A program made the position numbers and the translations under genes. The notes under the pieces were generated by a model. The model ran no database searches. It had not been told where the DNA came from and saw nothing but the letters and a program-made list of their open reading frames with translations. From Candidatus Bathyarchaeia archaeon (GTDB lineage Archaea > Thermoproteota > Bathyarchaeia > Bathyarchaeales > Bathycorpusculaceae): a stretch of 64,000 nucleotides of DNA. Below are positions 38,322 through 49,750 of this stretch, in pieces. Within the stretch, counting starts at the first letter, position 1; each line of letters begins with the position of its first letter. Location: assembly GCA_038883795.1 (NCBI GenBank), contig JAVZLK010000001.1, positions 1 through 64,000 of the forward strand, written 5' to 3'.

Positions 38322-39869
38322 TTGACAGACATCGTACTCGTATTCGAGGTTCATCAGCCCCACAGATTAAAGCGAAATTTCTTCTGGGAAAACAAAATTT
38401 TCAAACGCCTAAAAAAGAAAGAACTTTTTGATTATTATTTTGACCTTCCAGTAAACAGAGACGTTTTTGACAGAGCATGCAAAAAATGCTATTTTCCATC
38501 AAACCAAATACTGCTCGAACTAATTGATAAACACAAAAGAGAGAAAAAACGGGTAAAAGTTTCCTTTAGCCTTTCAGGAATATTTTTAGAACAGTGTGAA
38601 ATGTTTAACAAAGACCTTTTAGAATCCTTCAAACAACTCGCCGAAACGGGCTGCGTGGAATTTCTATGTCAAACTTATTATCACTCGCTGGCAAGCCTCT
38701 ACCCGGAAAAAGAAGAATTCATCGAGCAGGTGAAATTGCACCAACAAATAACAAAGGACCTTCTAGGGGTTACACCAAAAGTTTTTGAAAATACCGAATT
38801 GCTCTACAACAACGCTGTTGCCAGAACCGTAGAAAAAATGGGGTTTAAGGGAATCTTCACAGAAGGCGCCGAAAGAATCTTACATGAAAAATCGCCAAAT
38901 TACCTTTACGTGCCTAAAGGATGCACAAAAATCAAAATATTACTGCGAAATTACAAACTAACTGATGACATAGGATTCAGATTCTCTGCAAGATGGTGGA
39001 GCGAATGGCCACTAACAGCAGACAAATACGCAAGCTGGTTGGCAGCAACTCCGGGCCAATGTATTAACATTTTTCCAGACTACGAAACCTTCGGTGAACA
39101 CCATTGGCCAGAAACTGGTATACATGACTTCCTAAGACATTTGCCACGTGAAATTTTGAAATGGTGGCATCTGCACATGGCCACACCTTCGGAAGTCGTG
39201 GAAAAATATCAACCCGTGGGAGAAATTGATGTTCCTGAACTTGGCGGAACAGTTTCTTGGGCTGATTTGGAAAGGGATGCCAGTTGTTGGCTTGGAAACA
39301 CCATGCAGTGGGCCTACTACACAAACGTGAGAAAACTTGAAGCCCTTGTGAAAGAAGCAGAAGATAAAGATTTTATGAAAATTTGGAGATACTTCCAAAC
39401 AAGCGACCACCTTTACTACATGTTCACTGCAGGAGGAGCACCAGGAGAAGTCCACTCTTATTTTAGCCCTTTCAACTCTCCAATGGATGCCTTTGTAACC
39501 GCCCAAGCCGCGATACTTGATTTTGAAAATAGGGTGCGCCTTGCAATAGTTGCGGCGGATGAACCTTTTCTGTTCTATACTGGTGTGGGCAAAGAATACT
39601 ATACGGGAATTATGGCATGGAGCCTAAAAGGTTTCATAAAGGCGCTTCAGCGGGTTGACATAAAATCTTTAGAATTTCATAATGCCCGTGAGGATTTTGA
39701 GCGTTGGGCAGAAAAATCGCTTCACGACAAAGAATTGGCAGAACAACTAAAGAAGACAAAGCTTGAAAAGCTGGGAGGAGAAAACCTAAGGAAGACGCTA
39801 ATAAGAATCGCAAAAGAAAGATACAACAGCATGAGTAGGCAAGTGCAAATGGCTACAAAATACTTTTGA
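38322..39869 (+). CDS. GH57 alpha-amylase with C-terminal DUF5752-like domain
   Basis: FEVHQP, TYYHSL, FENTEL, DYETFGEH, QTSDHLYYM; C-terminal SLEFH..REDFERW. Confidence 0.92.
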   Translation: MTDIVLVFEVHQPHRLKRNFFWENKIFKRLKKKELFDYYFDLPVNRDVFDRACKKCYFPSNQILLELIDKHKREKKRVKVSFSLSGIFLEQCEMFNKDLLESFKQLAETGCVEFLCQTYYHSLASLYPEKEEFIEQVKLHQQITKDLLGVTPKVFENTELLYNNAVARTVEKMGFKGIFTEGAERILHEKSPNYLYVPKGCTKIKILLRNYKLTDDIGFRFSARWWSEWPLTADKYASWLAATPGQCINIFPDYETFGEHHWPETGIHDFLRHLPREILKWWHLHMATPSEVVEKYQPVGEIDVPELGGTVSWADLERDASCWLGNTMQWAYYTNVRKLEALVKEAEDKDFMKIWRYFQTSDHLYYMFTAGGAPGEVHSYFSPFNSPMDAFVTAQAAILDFENRVRLAIVAADEPFLFYTGVGKEYYTGIMAWSLKGFIKALQRVDIKSLEFHNAREDFERWAEKSLHDKELAEQLKKTKLEKLGGENLRKTLIRIAKERYNSMSRQVQMATKYF

Positions 39870-39932
39870 TTAACTTGCCTATCCTTTATAAGAAAACACT
39901 ACTAAACTATAGTTGAGATTAGGTTAAGGCGA

Positions 39933-40190
39933 ATGCCTATGAGGGAAGAACTGCCACTCTCGGAAAAAATTCTACAAACATTACATAATCTTTGCGCCAC
40001 CGCCCCAGACCTCGCCAGAAGAAGCGAGGAGGTAGCACAAATTCTGCAAATTAACATAATTGAGGTGGAGAAAACTTTGGACAATTATAAGCTTGAGGGT
40101 TTTGTTGAAAGCTTCTGTGACAATGAAGGCAAAATGCGCTATTACTTGACGGGGAGAGGCATAATAAAAGTTTGTGCACTTTTCACGTAG
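39933..40190 (+). CDS. small winged-helix protein
   Basis: SEEVAQIL..., L..EGFV...YYLT.RG wing pattern. Confidence 0.65.
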   Translation: MPMREELPLSEKILQTLHNLCATAPDLARRSEEVAQILQINIIEVEKTLDNYKLEGFVESFCDNEGKMRYYLTGRGIIKVCALFT

Positions 40191-40198
40191 TGAAAACA

Positions 40199-40825
40199 AT
40201 GCATGTTATAATTTTCTCTTGGGAATATCCGCCGAGAGTTGTGGGACAACTCGCCAATTACGTTAAAGAAGTTGCAGTGCAATTAGCAAAAAACAAGGTA
40301 AAAACCACCGTTGTCACATATCATGATTATTTGACTGGACAATACGAGGAGCCGGAAGGCGTCATAACTTATAGAGTAACAAATCCAGTGCGCACCCACA
40401 TTGGCGTTCTCACATGGGTTCTAACCTTAAATCAGGAAGTTGAAAGGGCAGCCGCAAACATCTACTACAACACGCAAAGGCAAGTGGATTTGATAGATGT
40501 GCATGATTGGCATTTCACGCCAGCAGCAGTCACATTAAAAAAGGCGCTAAATTTGCCCTTTATTTTTTCAGTTGAAAGCCTTGAAGAACACCGTTCCCAC
40601 GGAGCGAATTCGCCTTTTAATATGGCTATTAAAAGCATTGAATGGTTGGGAATGTATGAAGCAGCAAAACTGATTGTTAAGTCTGAATGGATGCGAGACG
40701 AAGTTTATAGATTATACAAGGTTCCATTAGAAAAGATAAGGGTGATTCCACCAAAATCCGCCAACTGGTTTAAGAACATTTTGGAAACCTACAAAAATGT
40801 TACTGGAGGCACGGCTTCCCAATGA
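40199..40825 (+). CDS. GT4 N-terminal domain-only protein
   Basis: WEYPP, HDW; ends before the nucleotide-sugar domain. Confidence 0.75.
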   Translation: MHVIIFSWEYPPRVVGQLANYVKEVAVQLAKNKVKTTVVTYHDYLTGQYEEPEGVITYRVTNPVRTHIGVLTWVLTLNQEVERAAANIYYNTQRQVDLIDVHDWHFTPAAVTLKKALNLPFIFSVESLEEHRSHGANSPFNMAIKSIEWLGMYEAAKLIVKSEWMRDEVYRLYKVPLEKIRVIPPKSANWFKNILETYKNVTGGTASQ

Positions 40826-42030
40826 GTAAGGAATTGACTGTTATGATGCTTACGTGGGAGTTCCCACCAAGAATCATTGGTGGAATATCCCCCCACGTTT
40901 ATTATTTATCAAGAAATTTGGCGAAAAATGGCGTCAAAGTCTATGTGGTTACATGCGATTTTCCCGGGGCGCCCCAACATGAGGTTATTGATGGTGTAGA
41001 AGTTTTTAGAGTTGATTCTTATAAGAATCCTTCGCCGGATTTTGCTACATGGGTTTATTTGATGAATGTTAACATGCAAAGGGAAGCAGCAGCCCTAGTT
41101 AACAGCCTCGGTGGAAAAGTTGACATTTTTCATGCTCACGATTGGCTTGTGGCAAACGCTGGAATAGGCTTAAAACATGTCTTTAGAAAACCCCTTTTAG
41201 CGACTATTCATTCTACGGAAATTGGTCGGCGAAACGGAATTCACTTTGATTACGAAAGAATGATTCACGAAACAGAAGCATGGCTTACATACGAAGCATG
41301 GAAAGTCATATGCTGCAGTGATTATATGGTTTCGCATGTTAAATGGGCATTTGGGCTTCCCACAGACAAATTGATCATGATTCCAAACGGTGTAGAAGCA
41401 GAAGCATACACAAAGATAGAGAATGAAGATTTAAGCAGTTTCAGAAGCAAATTCGCCTTACCAGAAGAAAAAATTGTACTTTTCGTGGGAAGGCTAGTAT
41501 ATGAGAAAGGTGTTCACGTGCTGGTTAACGCTGTTCCAAAGGTTTTGGAGAAAGTTAACGCCAAATTTGTGATAGTAGGTAATGGTTACATGAAAGAACA
41601 ACTCTCAAACATTGTTAAGAACATGGGATTAGCCCACAAAGTTCACTTCACAGGTTTTGTAGACGATGAAACCCTAAGAAAACTGCAGAAATGCGCAGAT
41701 GTTTCTGTTGTGCCATCCCTTTTCGAACCCTTCGGAATAGTTGCTCTGGAAGCTATGGCAGCTAAAAGCCCAGTAGTGGTTTCAGACACGGGTGGTTTAT
41801 CTGAAATAGTTGAGCATGAAGTTACTGGAGTAAAGGTTTATGCAAACAACCCTGAATCCCTAACATGGGGAATAACAAGAGTGTTACTTGACGAAAATTT
41901 TGCAAAAATAATAAGAGAAAATGCGTACAAAAAAATTCAAGAAAAATATAATTGGAGTAGAATAGCCCAACAAACGAAAGCCACTTACGAAACCGTTTTA
42001 GGCGAATATTTAAAAAGCTTCTGGGCTTGA
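40822..42030 (+). CDS. GT4 glycosyltransferase (glycogen-synthase-like)
   Basis: WEFPP..IGG, HAHDW, GRLVYEKG, EPFGIVALEA. Confidence 0.9.
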   Translation: MSKELTVMMLTWEFPPRIIGGISPHVYYLSRNLAKNGVKVYVVTCDFPGAPQHEVIDGVEVFRVDSYKNPSPDFATWVYLMNVNMQREAAALVNSLGGKVDIFHAHDWLVANAGIGLKHVFRKPLLATIHSTEIGRRNGIHFDYERMIHETEAWLTYEAWKVICCSDYMVSHVKWAFGLPTDKLIMIPNGVEAEAYTKIENEDLSSFRSKFALPEEKIVLFVGRLVYEKGVHVLVNAVPKVLEKVNAKFVIVGNGYMKEQLSNIVKNMGLAHKVHFTGFVDDETLRKLQKCADVSVVPSLFEPFGIVALEAMAAKSPVVVSDTGGLSEIVEHEVTGVKVYANNPESLTWGITRVLLDENFAKIIRENAYKKIQEKYNWSRIAQQTKATYETVLGEYLKSFWA

Positions 42031-42042
42031 AAATTGGCGCAA

Positions 42043-42966
42043 CTATGGATATTTCAGCTTAATAGCTTTGTTTGGACAAGCATCCACACATTTTAGGCAG
42101 TAAATGCATTCTGGGTCGTTGAACTTCTCCCATGGCAAATCCAAAATCCGAACACGCATAGGGCAAACTTCAACGCATTGACGACATTCAGCCTTTGCGC
42201 ATTTGGTTAAATCTCTTTTTAAACCAAGAAAGCTGAACCTGTTAAGGATAGCCATGATGGCTCCATGAGGACAGAAATATTTGCACCAACTTCTTGGGAC
42301 ATATGCCGCAAAGACGAGAAAGCTTCCCAAAATGAAAAGCTGAACCCATAAAAGCGGAGGAAAAGCTGCAACACTGGATAAAACGTCCAATAAAGGTTTT
42401 TCTAACAGTGCATTCTTAAAGCTTAAAATTCCGTTAGGCAATGTGGAAAACAAAGTTTCTGCAGGGCTCAATGTGGTAAATGGCATCTGGACGAAAATGC
42501 CAAAAGCACTTTCATAACTGCTATGAGCTCTGAAAACTTTGGCAGCGGAAAATGTTACACTGATAAAAAGAGTAATGCCTAAAATAGCGTATTTAATATA
42601 GACCATGCTTTCATGGGTTCTAGACGAAATTTCACTCTTTTTACGCTTAGCAAAGTCAAGTAAGTCTTGGATGAAACCGAAGGGACAAACCCAACCACAT
42701 AAAGATTTGCCAACCAATATTCCAGTTATTAAGAATGATGCTAACGCGAGCCATGGAAAAACAGTATCATAAAACATAAGTTGCATAGCCGTAAAAGCGT
42801 CGCCAACAACATTTGACTGAAAACCCCACGTCCAAACCACGGGCAATAGTAGAGGTTGGGGAACCATGTTGAAGACCATGGCGCTAAAGAATATGAAAGA
42901 CAGAAATTGAATTATTCTTCGCAAAGTGTTGAATTTGAGTAGGCTTTGCTTAATTTTGGCTTTCAA
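42043..42966 (-). CDS. NapH/MauN-type membrane 4Fe-4S protein
   Basis: CGWVCPFG, WCKYFCPHG, C-terminal ferredoxin motifs. Confidence 0.85.
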   Translation of the reverse strand: MKAKIKQSLLKFNTLRRIIQFLSFIFFSAMVFNMVPQPLLLPVVWTWGFQSNVVGDAFTAMQLMFYDTVFPWLALASFLITGILVGKSLCGWVCPFGFIQDLLDFAKRKKSEISSRTHESMVYIKYAILGITLFISVTFSAAKVFRAHSSYESAFGIFVQMPFTTLSPAETLFSTLPNGILSFKNALLEKPLLDVLSSVAAFPPLLWVQLFILGSFLVFAAYVPRSWCKYFCPHGAIMAILNRFSFLGLKRDLTKCAKAECRQCVEVCPMRVRILDLPWEKFNDPECIYCLKCVDACPNKAIKLKYP

Positions 42967-43009
42967 TCATTTCGCCTCTTTCATTAAACGCATTAGACCT
43001 TTTAGTTAT

Positions 43010-44380
43010 TTATTTTCCTATCACCTTAACGTTTTCTACAAGAACCCAAGGCGCAACCAATTGCCCAATTTTTCTCTCATTATTTGCCAATTCTGAGATA
43101 TTCTTTAACACTTGAAAGACGTTGCCAGCTAACATGGCTCCTTTAACGGCATGAGCAATTTTACCATTCTTGATTTTCCAAGCGGGAGTTGCGACAACAG
43201 AGAATTCTCCGCTGGCTGGATTGCTGCTGTGGGCGCCTTGTAGGGAATATACAAGCAAGCCATCATCCACTTCGCCAATAAGTTCTTCAGGTGATTTCCT
43301 TCCAGGCATCAAGCGAAAGTTTGTGGCTTCTATATTTGGTGTAGATAAATATCCAGCCCTTGTGGCGTTTCCCGTGCTTTCTTTACTTTCTTTTTTGGCT
43401 GTGTAATTGTCATAGAGGAAATTCCGCAATACTCCCTTCTCTATTATGAGGGTTTTTTGTTGGGGAACTCCTTCGCCATCAAACTCCCATGTTCGGATGC
43501 CTCCCCCGAGTAAACCATCATCATAAATTGTTACATTTTCAGAGGCAACTTTTTCTCCGATTTTGCCCTTAAACGCCGATTGATCCCGCTGTACATAATC
43601 CGCCTTAACCGCATTAATAAGAGTGTAATACAAGAGCTCTTGCAATGCAAACTGTGAAAAAATGACATTTGTGCTTTTTGTCTCTACTTTTTTGGCTTTT
43701 AAGGCTGAAACAGCAAGGCGAGCGGCTTCTTTACCAACCCATTCTGGGTCAATAGCATATTTTCTTTCGATATTAAACTCAAAGCATATAGGTGTTACTT
43801 CGCCTGCCTCTTGTCCCAAAGTTGCCAAGCTACATTCAATAATTGTTCCATGATCGAAGGCTGCAATCCCGTTAGAGTTAGCAATTGCCCTGGAAAGGTA
43901 GGATGCGCCTACTCCACCCTCCACAGGAAAAACACGCTTATCCACTTTTTCAGCGGAATCCAACATTAAAGACGCTGCATTAACCAAATCTTCAGAGCGA
44001 AGCTCAACAATTTTGCGGTCATAAGTGTTTTCTACGGATTTTAATGTTTTTTTGGCCGGAAGACCATGCCACTCTTTGTCAGGCTTGCTTGCTTTAGCAG
44101 CACTTAAAGCTTTTAGAACTGTCTCTTCAATTGCGGCTTTGGCGACCACTACATTCGTATAGGAAAAGCCTATTGCCTTCTTTATTATAGTTCGAATTCC
44201 TAATCCTCTGTCAATTATTTTTGTGCTTCTAGTAATTTGTCCTCTCTCAACTATGACGGTTGTTGTTAAACCTTGATAGGCAAAAGCCTCAGCCTCATTC
44301 GCACCTTTCTTGAGAGCAAAATCCACAGCTTTTTCGGCTAAATCCAACATTTCTTCATTTTTAACCGCTACCACCGACAA
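43010..44380 (-). CDS. pmbA: TldE/PmbA family protein
   Basis: FDGEG.P, STGNA.R; no HE..GH; coupled to tldD. Confidence 0.88.
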   Translation of the reverse strand: MSVVAVKNEEMLDLAEKAVDFALKKGANEAEAFAYQGLTTTVIVERGQITRSTKIIDRGLGIRTIIKKAIGFSYTNVVVAKAAIEETVLKALSAAKASKPDKEWHGLPAKKTLKSVENTYDRKIVELRSEDLVNAASLMLDSAEKVDKRVFPVEGGVGASYLSRAIANSNGIAAFDHGTIIECSLATLGQEAGEVTPICFEFNIERKYAIDPEWVGKEAARLAVSALKAKKVETKSTNVIFSQFALQELLYYTLINAVKADYVQRDQSAFKGKIGEKVASENVTIYDDGLLGGGIRTWEFDGEGVPQQKTLIIEKGVLRNFLYDNYTAKKESKESTGNATRAGYLSTPNIEATNFRLMPGRKSPEELIGEVDDGLLVYSLQGAHSSNPASGEFSVVATPAWKIKNGKIAHAVKGAMLAGNVFQVLKNISELANNERKIGQLVAPWVLVENVKVIGK

Positions 44381-45767
44381 GAACCTCCTTCACCCTAACA
44401 TGGGGTCCACCATCGCATACAAAGGCTGTTTGTCCCTTCCCACATCTTCCAGGCCACAATTCGAAATCCTTTCCAACAGCATCCACCTTAAACAATGTTT
44501 CAAGAGTGTAGCCACTTATAGAAGCGTTCCGAACGGGAACGCCTAATTCGCCCTTAACTATTTCGTAGGCTTCTTGGATGCCAACCTGAAAAGTGCCGTC
44601 CAAATTTGCTTGTCCACCCCTGAAGCTTTTGAAGTAATAGCCAAATTTCACATCCTCGATTAGCTCTTCGAAGGAGTAGTCTTTTGGTTCCATGAATGTG
44701 TTGCGCATACGAATTATGGGTTCCACTCTAAAGTCTTCAGCCCGCATGTTCCCAGTAGGCGTCGTATTGAACTTTTGGGCTGTTTCGCGGCTATGCATTA
44801 AACCAGCAACAACGCCATCCTTTATGAGAAGAGTTTTCTGCGCGGGGATTCCCTCATCATCATATTTGAAAGAACCAAAAGCGCCTTCCACTGTTCCATC
44901 ATCATAGAAAGTCACAAGGTCAGAAGCGATTTTCTTTCCAAGTTTATCTAAAAGCACAGACCCAGACAATGTCAAGTCTGCCTCAGCCAAGTGCCCAAAG
45001 GCTTCGTGAACGAAGACTCCAACTACATTTGGTCCAAGAATTACTGGGAATGTTCCACCTTTAGGCGGTTTAGCCTTCAACTGCTCAACGGCTCGTTTTG
45101 CAACCCTTTCGCCTACAATTTCTGGAGTTTCTACATCAAAGATTTCGTAGCCGGAAGTGGAACCAATTTCTTCACGGCTAAAAGTGAAAATGTCTCCTTC
45201 TTTGGCTGTGGCAGTTATTCTTGACCAAACATAAAGCTTGTCTTGTTCAATGTATGCGCCTTCATTGTTTATGAAATAGCTTGTTCCAGTTAGGTCAAGA
45301 TAGTCTATGGTGCAACTTTTTATCCGGTTATCGTAACCCAAAATTTCCTTGTTCATGGTTAGCGTTGTATTAATTTTGTCTTCTACAGAAACTTTTGAGG
45401 GATCTTTGCGCGGTTTTAGGGTAACTTTGTCCTCAACAGGGTTTGTCGGGATAAGTTTTATGGGCTTTTTAAGTTTTAAGCTTGCGGCTTTCGCCATTTT
45501 ACATGCATCCGAAATAGCCATGGTCAAAGTTTCAACATCGAACGTTCCAACAGATGCAAAACCCCACGCACCATTTACAAGAACCCGCAAAGCGGCGCCA
45601 TTTTCAATTCCTTGCCTTGCCGCTTCTACGCGACCTTCTTTAAGTGTAAGCATAGTCTTAAAGAGCCTTTGACCACGAACTTCGGCGTATTCGGCTCCGT
45701 ACTTTTGGACTGCCACGTTTATAGCCTTAATTAAAATGTCCTTCAAAGACTGCGCTCCTTTTAGCAT
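44361..45767 (-). CDS. tldD: TldD metalloprotease
   Basis: HEAFGH.AEAD, YDDEG, RMRNT, CGKGQ. Confidence 0.92.
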   Translation of the reverse strand: MLKGAQSLKDILIKAINVAVQKYGAEYAEVRGQRLFKTMLTLKEGRVEAARQGIENGAALRVLVNGAWGFASVGTFDVETLTMAISDACKMAKAASLKLKKPIKLIPTNPVEDKVTLKPRKDPSKVSVEDKINTTLTMNKEILGYDNRIKSCTIDYLDLTGTSYFINNEGAYIEQDKLYVWSRITATAKEGDIFTFSREEIGSTSGYEIFDVETPEIVGERVAKRAVEQLKAKPPKGGTFPVILGPNVVGVFVHEAFGHLAEADLTLSGSVLLDKLGKKIASDLVTFYDDGTVEGAFGSFKYDDEGIPAQKTLLIKDGVVAGLMHSRETAQKFNTTPTGNMRAEDFRVEPIIRMRNTFMEPKDYSFEELIEDVKFGYYFKSFRGGQANLDGTFQVGIQEAYEIVKGELGVPVRNASISGYTLETLFKVDAVGKDFELWPGRCGKGQTAFVCDGGPHVRVKEVLVGGSG

Positions 45768-45870
45768 CGAGTTAGAAGGGATTATTCAGAGGGCTCTTTT
45801 ATAAAATTGTTATGGTTTCATTCTCTGCTATTCAAAAACAATAGATGAAAAAGAATATCTAAAAAGGAAG

Positions 45871-46185
45871 TTAAGCTCTTTGCTTGAGCAATTTTACTTG
45901 GCTAACAAAATCGCATTCTTCTTGCATTCGCTCTAATTCTAACCTGCGGAGCAAACCATAAGTTGAGTATATGTCCTCTAAAATTTTCTTTTCAACAACA
46001 TATGCGCCAGTGCTCAAAAACTCTTCAAGACCCTTAGCAAAAACCTCTATCTTTTCAGATATCTCATTTGGCTTGACGCCGTGATTCTTCTCCAAATGCT
46101 TATAGATTAGGTAAGTTGCTTCTTCGCCGAAAACTTGTTTCAATACTCTGTCAACGATTTTTAAGATTTTGTCTTCTTTTTCCAT
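45871..46185 (-). CDS. small helical protein (DUF3227-like)
   Basis: VLKQVFGEEAT.LIY.HLE....F.KGLEE.L..GA.VVEK.I pattern. Confidence 0.6.
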   Translation of the reverse strand: MEKEDKILKIVDRVLKQVFGEEATYLIYKHLEKNHGVKPNEISEKIEVFAKGLEEFLSTGAYVVEKKILEDIYSTYGLLRRLELERMQEECDFVSQVKLLKQRA

Positions 46186-46286
46186 TGGGTGTCAAGCCTC
46201 AGAAACTATCGTGCGTATTACGACTTAATAAACTTTGTCGTATACGTGTTTAACACACATACAAGTCAAAGTCCATGAAATAAGCA

Positions 46287-47570
46287 TTACATAAAGTCTG
46301 TAAGATTCAATTGTTGAACTCTTTGGGCTGTTGATTTTTGGGCAATTTCCTCTTCGGAAAGAATAAGTTGTCCATAAACGCCATCGTAACCAGGCAATAC
46401 TTTAACTTGCTCTTCTCTGACTTTGACTATTGCTTCAGCAATTTTTTCATTAACAGAACGTAAATTTTCTTTAGAAGCATCAATTAGCACAGTATATTCG
46501 TCGCCGAATTTTTCAACAAAAGCGTTGTAAATGTTCCACACTTGCTGAGTGGATGGCGAATCCACGCCTAAGACCGTTGCGATGATTTCAGAAAGTGGAA
46601 GCAAATGCATAAAATCTATGGCGCTTGAAGGTTTAAAGCCTGGCGGACGATCAGCTAATTCTTCCACGCGCTGTTCAACACCCTTTGTTAGTTTTTTGCG
46701 GCAGACAGGGCAGATGTTTCCAATTTTTATTGCTTCTGCTGCTGGAAAGGATACATGACAGTTTCTGTGGCCAGTCCAATGGTATTTTCCATAGGCGGGG
46801 TCCGTTTCAATAGTAAACTTAAAACGCTCTTCATCTTTGAATCGAATAGCATCCAAAACTTCCTTGTAGCTTGGCTCCTTAAGTTCAAAAACGTTGGCTT
46901 CCCTCCCCATGCGCCAAGGCCAAAAGCTGTGGCTGTCACTGTTAGAAACTAAGGCGAATTTGTCAAGTTTGCTCAAACGCCAATTCATGGGTGGGTCCGA
47001 GGAGAGCCCGGTTTCCAAAGCGTGAATATGCTTTGTCATGTCTTGGTAACATTCTTCTACGCTGTTGAAACCGCTGAAGGCGCCGAAAATACTGAACCAT
47101 GGCGTCCAAGCGTGAGCTGGGAAAACCATGTTTTCTTTTGAAACTTCCATGACTTCTTCAACCAAATGTGGGGCGTCCATGTTCAGTGTTGGTCTTCCAT
47201 CTATGGCTAAATTGCCATATTTTGCTAATCTGTCATTTATTTGAATAGCGGTTTCTATGTTGGAGGTAAAAATTACATGGTGAATTTTTTTAACTTCGTT
47301 TTCAAAAGTGAATACTGTGCTGACTTCGGTTGTTATCATAAAATAGACTGATGATTCTGGATTCTTTGCAACTTTGTATAAGCCTTTATCCCCTTCTTGA
47401 ACCAAAGTTTCTCGAAGCTCTTTAAGCCATTTTGGATGAGTAAAATCGCCTGTCCCGACCAAGTTTAAACCCTTAATTTTTGCAAAACGAGCAATCTCTT
47501 CAATATGCATTTTATCGCTTGTTGCACGACTATAACGACCATGAATGTGTAAATCGGCTATAATTCTCAT
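46287..47570 (-). CDS. endoQ: endonuclease Q (PHP domain)
   Basis: DLHIHGRYSRATS, GTGDFTHP, PAHAWTPWFS, GKYH..GHR.C, CPVC..GV..RV.ELAD. Confidence 0.9.
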   Translation of the reverse strand: MRIIADLHIHGRYSRATSDKMHIEEIARFAKIKGLNLVGTGDFTHPKWLKELRETLVQEGDKGLYKVAKNPESSVYFMITTEVSTVFTFENEVKKIHHVIFTSNIETAIQINDRLAKYGNLAIDGRPTLNMDAPHLVEEVMEVSKENMVFPAHAWTPWFSIFGAFSGFNSVEECYQDMTKHIHALETGLSSDPPMNWRLSKLDKFALVSNSDSHSFWPWRMGREANVFELKEPSYKEVLDAIRFKDEERFKFTIETDPAYGKYHWTGHRNCHVSFPAAEAIKIGNICPVCRKKLTKGVEQRVEELADRPPGFKPSSAIDFMHLLPLSEIIATVLGVDSPSTQQVWNIYNAFVEKFGDEYTVLIDASKENLRSVNEKIAEAIVKVREEQVKVLPGYDGVYGQLILSEEEIAQKSTAQRVQQLNLTDFM

Positions 47571-47638
47571 GTTTTAGGCCTAATCTCATATTGTCTATTC
47601 TGCTAATTTCATTTGCGCTTTCAAAAGTCTAATGCTTC

Positions 47639-49045
47639 TTACGGAATTTTCCTTTTTACTACTGGCACAGCCCAATTTCCATATCTTATCCAAATAAAGG
47701 AAACGGTTCCGCCTATAATATTGCTTAGGGAAATGGCTAGCCAAGCTCCAATAGAGCCCAATCCAAAAATAAATGCTAAGGAATAGCCTAAGGCTAAGCG
47801 GATTCCCCAAAGCCTCAATATTCCAACAGCCGTTGGAAAAAGCGTATGTCCCGAGCCTCTTCCAGTGGACATGCCCGCTATAAATAAACCAAAAAATGGA
47901 AGCGTTGGCAGCAGTATTGAAAGGAACAAGTCGGTCTCATTTATAATATCAAGATTGTCAGCGAAGACATCGGACAACCCTCTTCTAAAGGGATAAATTA
48001 TGCCAGCACTCACAACCATAAGCGCGAATATTAGAAGGGCTGTTTTGTAAGCAACTTCTCTAGCTCTTTTGGGGTTTTCTGCTCCCAAGTTTTGTCCCAC
48101 CATTATGGCTGTTGCTCCGCTTAAACCCCATAAGGCGGCATCAACTATATCCATGATTACAAAGCCTATGGAAAAAGCCGTAGCTACTACAATGCCTAAC
48201 GCGTTAATGATTCTAAGCTGCATGAGAAAGGCGAAACCATTCGTTAAGCCCAATGCTAAAATGGGTAAGCCTATACGAAGAACCAACCGAACCCAATCCA
48301 AATCTATTTCCTTAGTGAACCTTACCTTAAGCTCGGGATATTTGCTCCTAAGTATGTAGGTTAGGGAGCTTACCGATATTATCTTCCCCATAACATCCGT
48401 GACGGAAGCGCCCACCACACCAAGCCTTGGAAACGGCCCAATGCCTAATACCAAAAATGGGTCTAACAATGCATTAATGCCCACAGCCAATCCATTCACA
48501 ATTGCTGGCCTTTTAGTGTCTCCTATACTTTGCAGTAGCGTTGTGTATGTTAGGGCTAAGTAATTGAAGAATATGTCAAAGGCGATTATGCCAGAATATT
48601 TCATTAAATCCTCAAATATTTCTGGCGGAGTGGATACAACAAAAGTGAAAATTGCGCTTCTAAGCGCTAAAAGTACAAGACTTAATGTTGCTCCTGCAGT
48701 AAAAGAGAACGTGAAGAAGCGTGAAGCCGCTTTGCTGGCGTCATCATAAGCTCTTCTTCCAACATATTGAGAAACAATGCCTAAACAAGCAGCCGTCAAA
48801 GCCATCAAAAGCGCCTGAAAAAGCACTATAACAGGCCACATTTGCCTTGGAACAGCCACGGTTATATCACTGTATACGCTTAGCCAGTAAGCATCCGCTA
48901 GGTTATAGGCTACAACTATAAGTTGATTCACAAGTGGGGGAACCCCCAACCAAAAGAATGTGCGGATAATCGGCCCATTAACAATTTTGTCTCTGTATTT
49001 GCTTATTGAAGGAAGCTCTGACAATTCCTCGGATTCTTCAGCCAT
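47639..49045 (-). CDS. MATE family efflux transporter
   Basis: YNLAD, GDTKRP, N..LDP, GQNLGA; ~12 TM. Confidence 0.93.
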   Translation of the reverse strand: MAEESEELSELPSISKYRDKIVNGPIIRTFFWLGVPPLVNQLIVVAYNLADAYWLSVYSDITVAVPRQMWPVIVLFQALLMALTAACLGIVSQYVGRRAYDDASKAASRFFTFSFTAGATLSLVLLALRSAIFTFVVSTPPEIFEDLMKYSGIIAFDIFFNYLALTYTTLLQSIGDTKRPAIVNGLAVGINALLDPFLVLGIGPFPRLGVVGASVTDVMGKIISVSSLTYILRSKYPELKVRFTKEIDLDWVRLVLRIGLPILALGLTNGFAFLMQLRIINALGIVVATAFSIGFVIMDIVDAALWGLSGATAIMVGQNLGAENPKRAREVAYKTALLIFALMVVSAGIIYPFRRGLSDVFADNLDIINETDLFLSILLPTLPFFGLFIAGMSTGRGSGHTLFPTAVGILRLWGIRLALGYSLAFIFGLGSIGAWLAISLSNIIGGTVSFIWIRYGNWAVPVVKRKIP

Positions 49046-49110
49046 AGCCTTTTTGACTTGATTTTAATCTTAAAAGCTTTTCTTGCAAGTAAAAGCGTTT
49101 AAAATGGGGC

Positions 49111-49674
49111 CTATTTTCTTTTAAGAATTTTCTTTACAATTTCTCCAATGTCAACTTTTAACAAAACCACAGTCACGATTATGGTAAGAACTATTGAAGC
49201 TACCATCAAAAGTTCTTGGCTAATCCAAGGCGTCAAAAGTTGTTGACCAGCCTTTCCTAAATATGCGCCCACAACGGCAATTGAAAGCTTTCCAATAAAG
49301 TATGACGCAAAAAACTTGAGCGGATTATACTTTAAGAGCCCCAATGGCACAACAACTGGCTCGTCCGGAAGTGGTGAAGCCGCAACAATAAATAGTGCCA
49401 AAAAAGCCCAATGCTTAAGTTTCAATCCAGCGGCATCAAGGCGTTTTCTACGTTCTTCGCCGAGAAAACCGCCGACGAAGAAAGTGATAATGTAATGGAT
49501 GGATTTTGCCAAGGCCGAGCCTAAGGCGACGAGGAAGCCTATGGTGAAGGGGTCAGCGTTTACGATTAAGGCAGCGTTTGAGGCAATTAGCATGTTGGAT
49601 GGGCCCATGAAAGGTATAATGTTTAAGACAAAAGAAGTGACCAGAATGCCAAATAGCTCATATAGAGTGGTCAA
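49111..49674 (-). CDS. VTT/DedA family membrane protein
   Basis: N.IPFMGP, SPLPDE...PLGL..Y...FF...FIGK. Confidence 0.8.
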   Translation of the reverse strand: MTTLYELFGILVTSFVLNIIPFMGPSNMLIASNAALIVNADPFTIGFLVALGSALAKSIHYIITFFVGGFLGEERRKRLDAAGLKLKHWAFLALFIVAASPLPDEPVVVPLGLLKYNPLKFFASYFIGKLSIAVVGAYLGKAGQQLLTPWISQELLMVASIVLTIIVTVVLLKVDIGEIVKKILKRK

Positions 49675-49750
49675 CTGCTATGGCCTCTTCTCAACAGAAA
49701 TTACAAACTACCATTTAAAGGTATTATCATAATATCCGTAACACACTTAA

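Noticed and set aside
40172-42030. Frameshifted single glycosyltransferase
   Set aside because: The second ORF has its own complete N-terminal domain, so these are two genes
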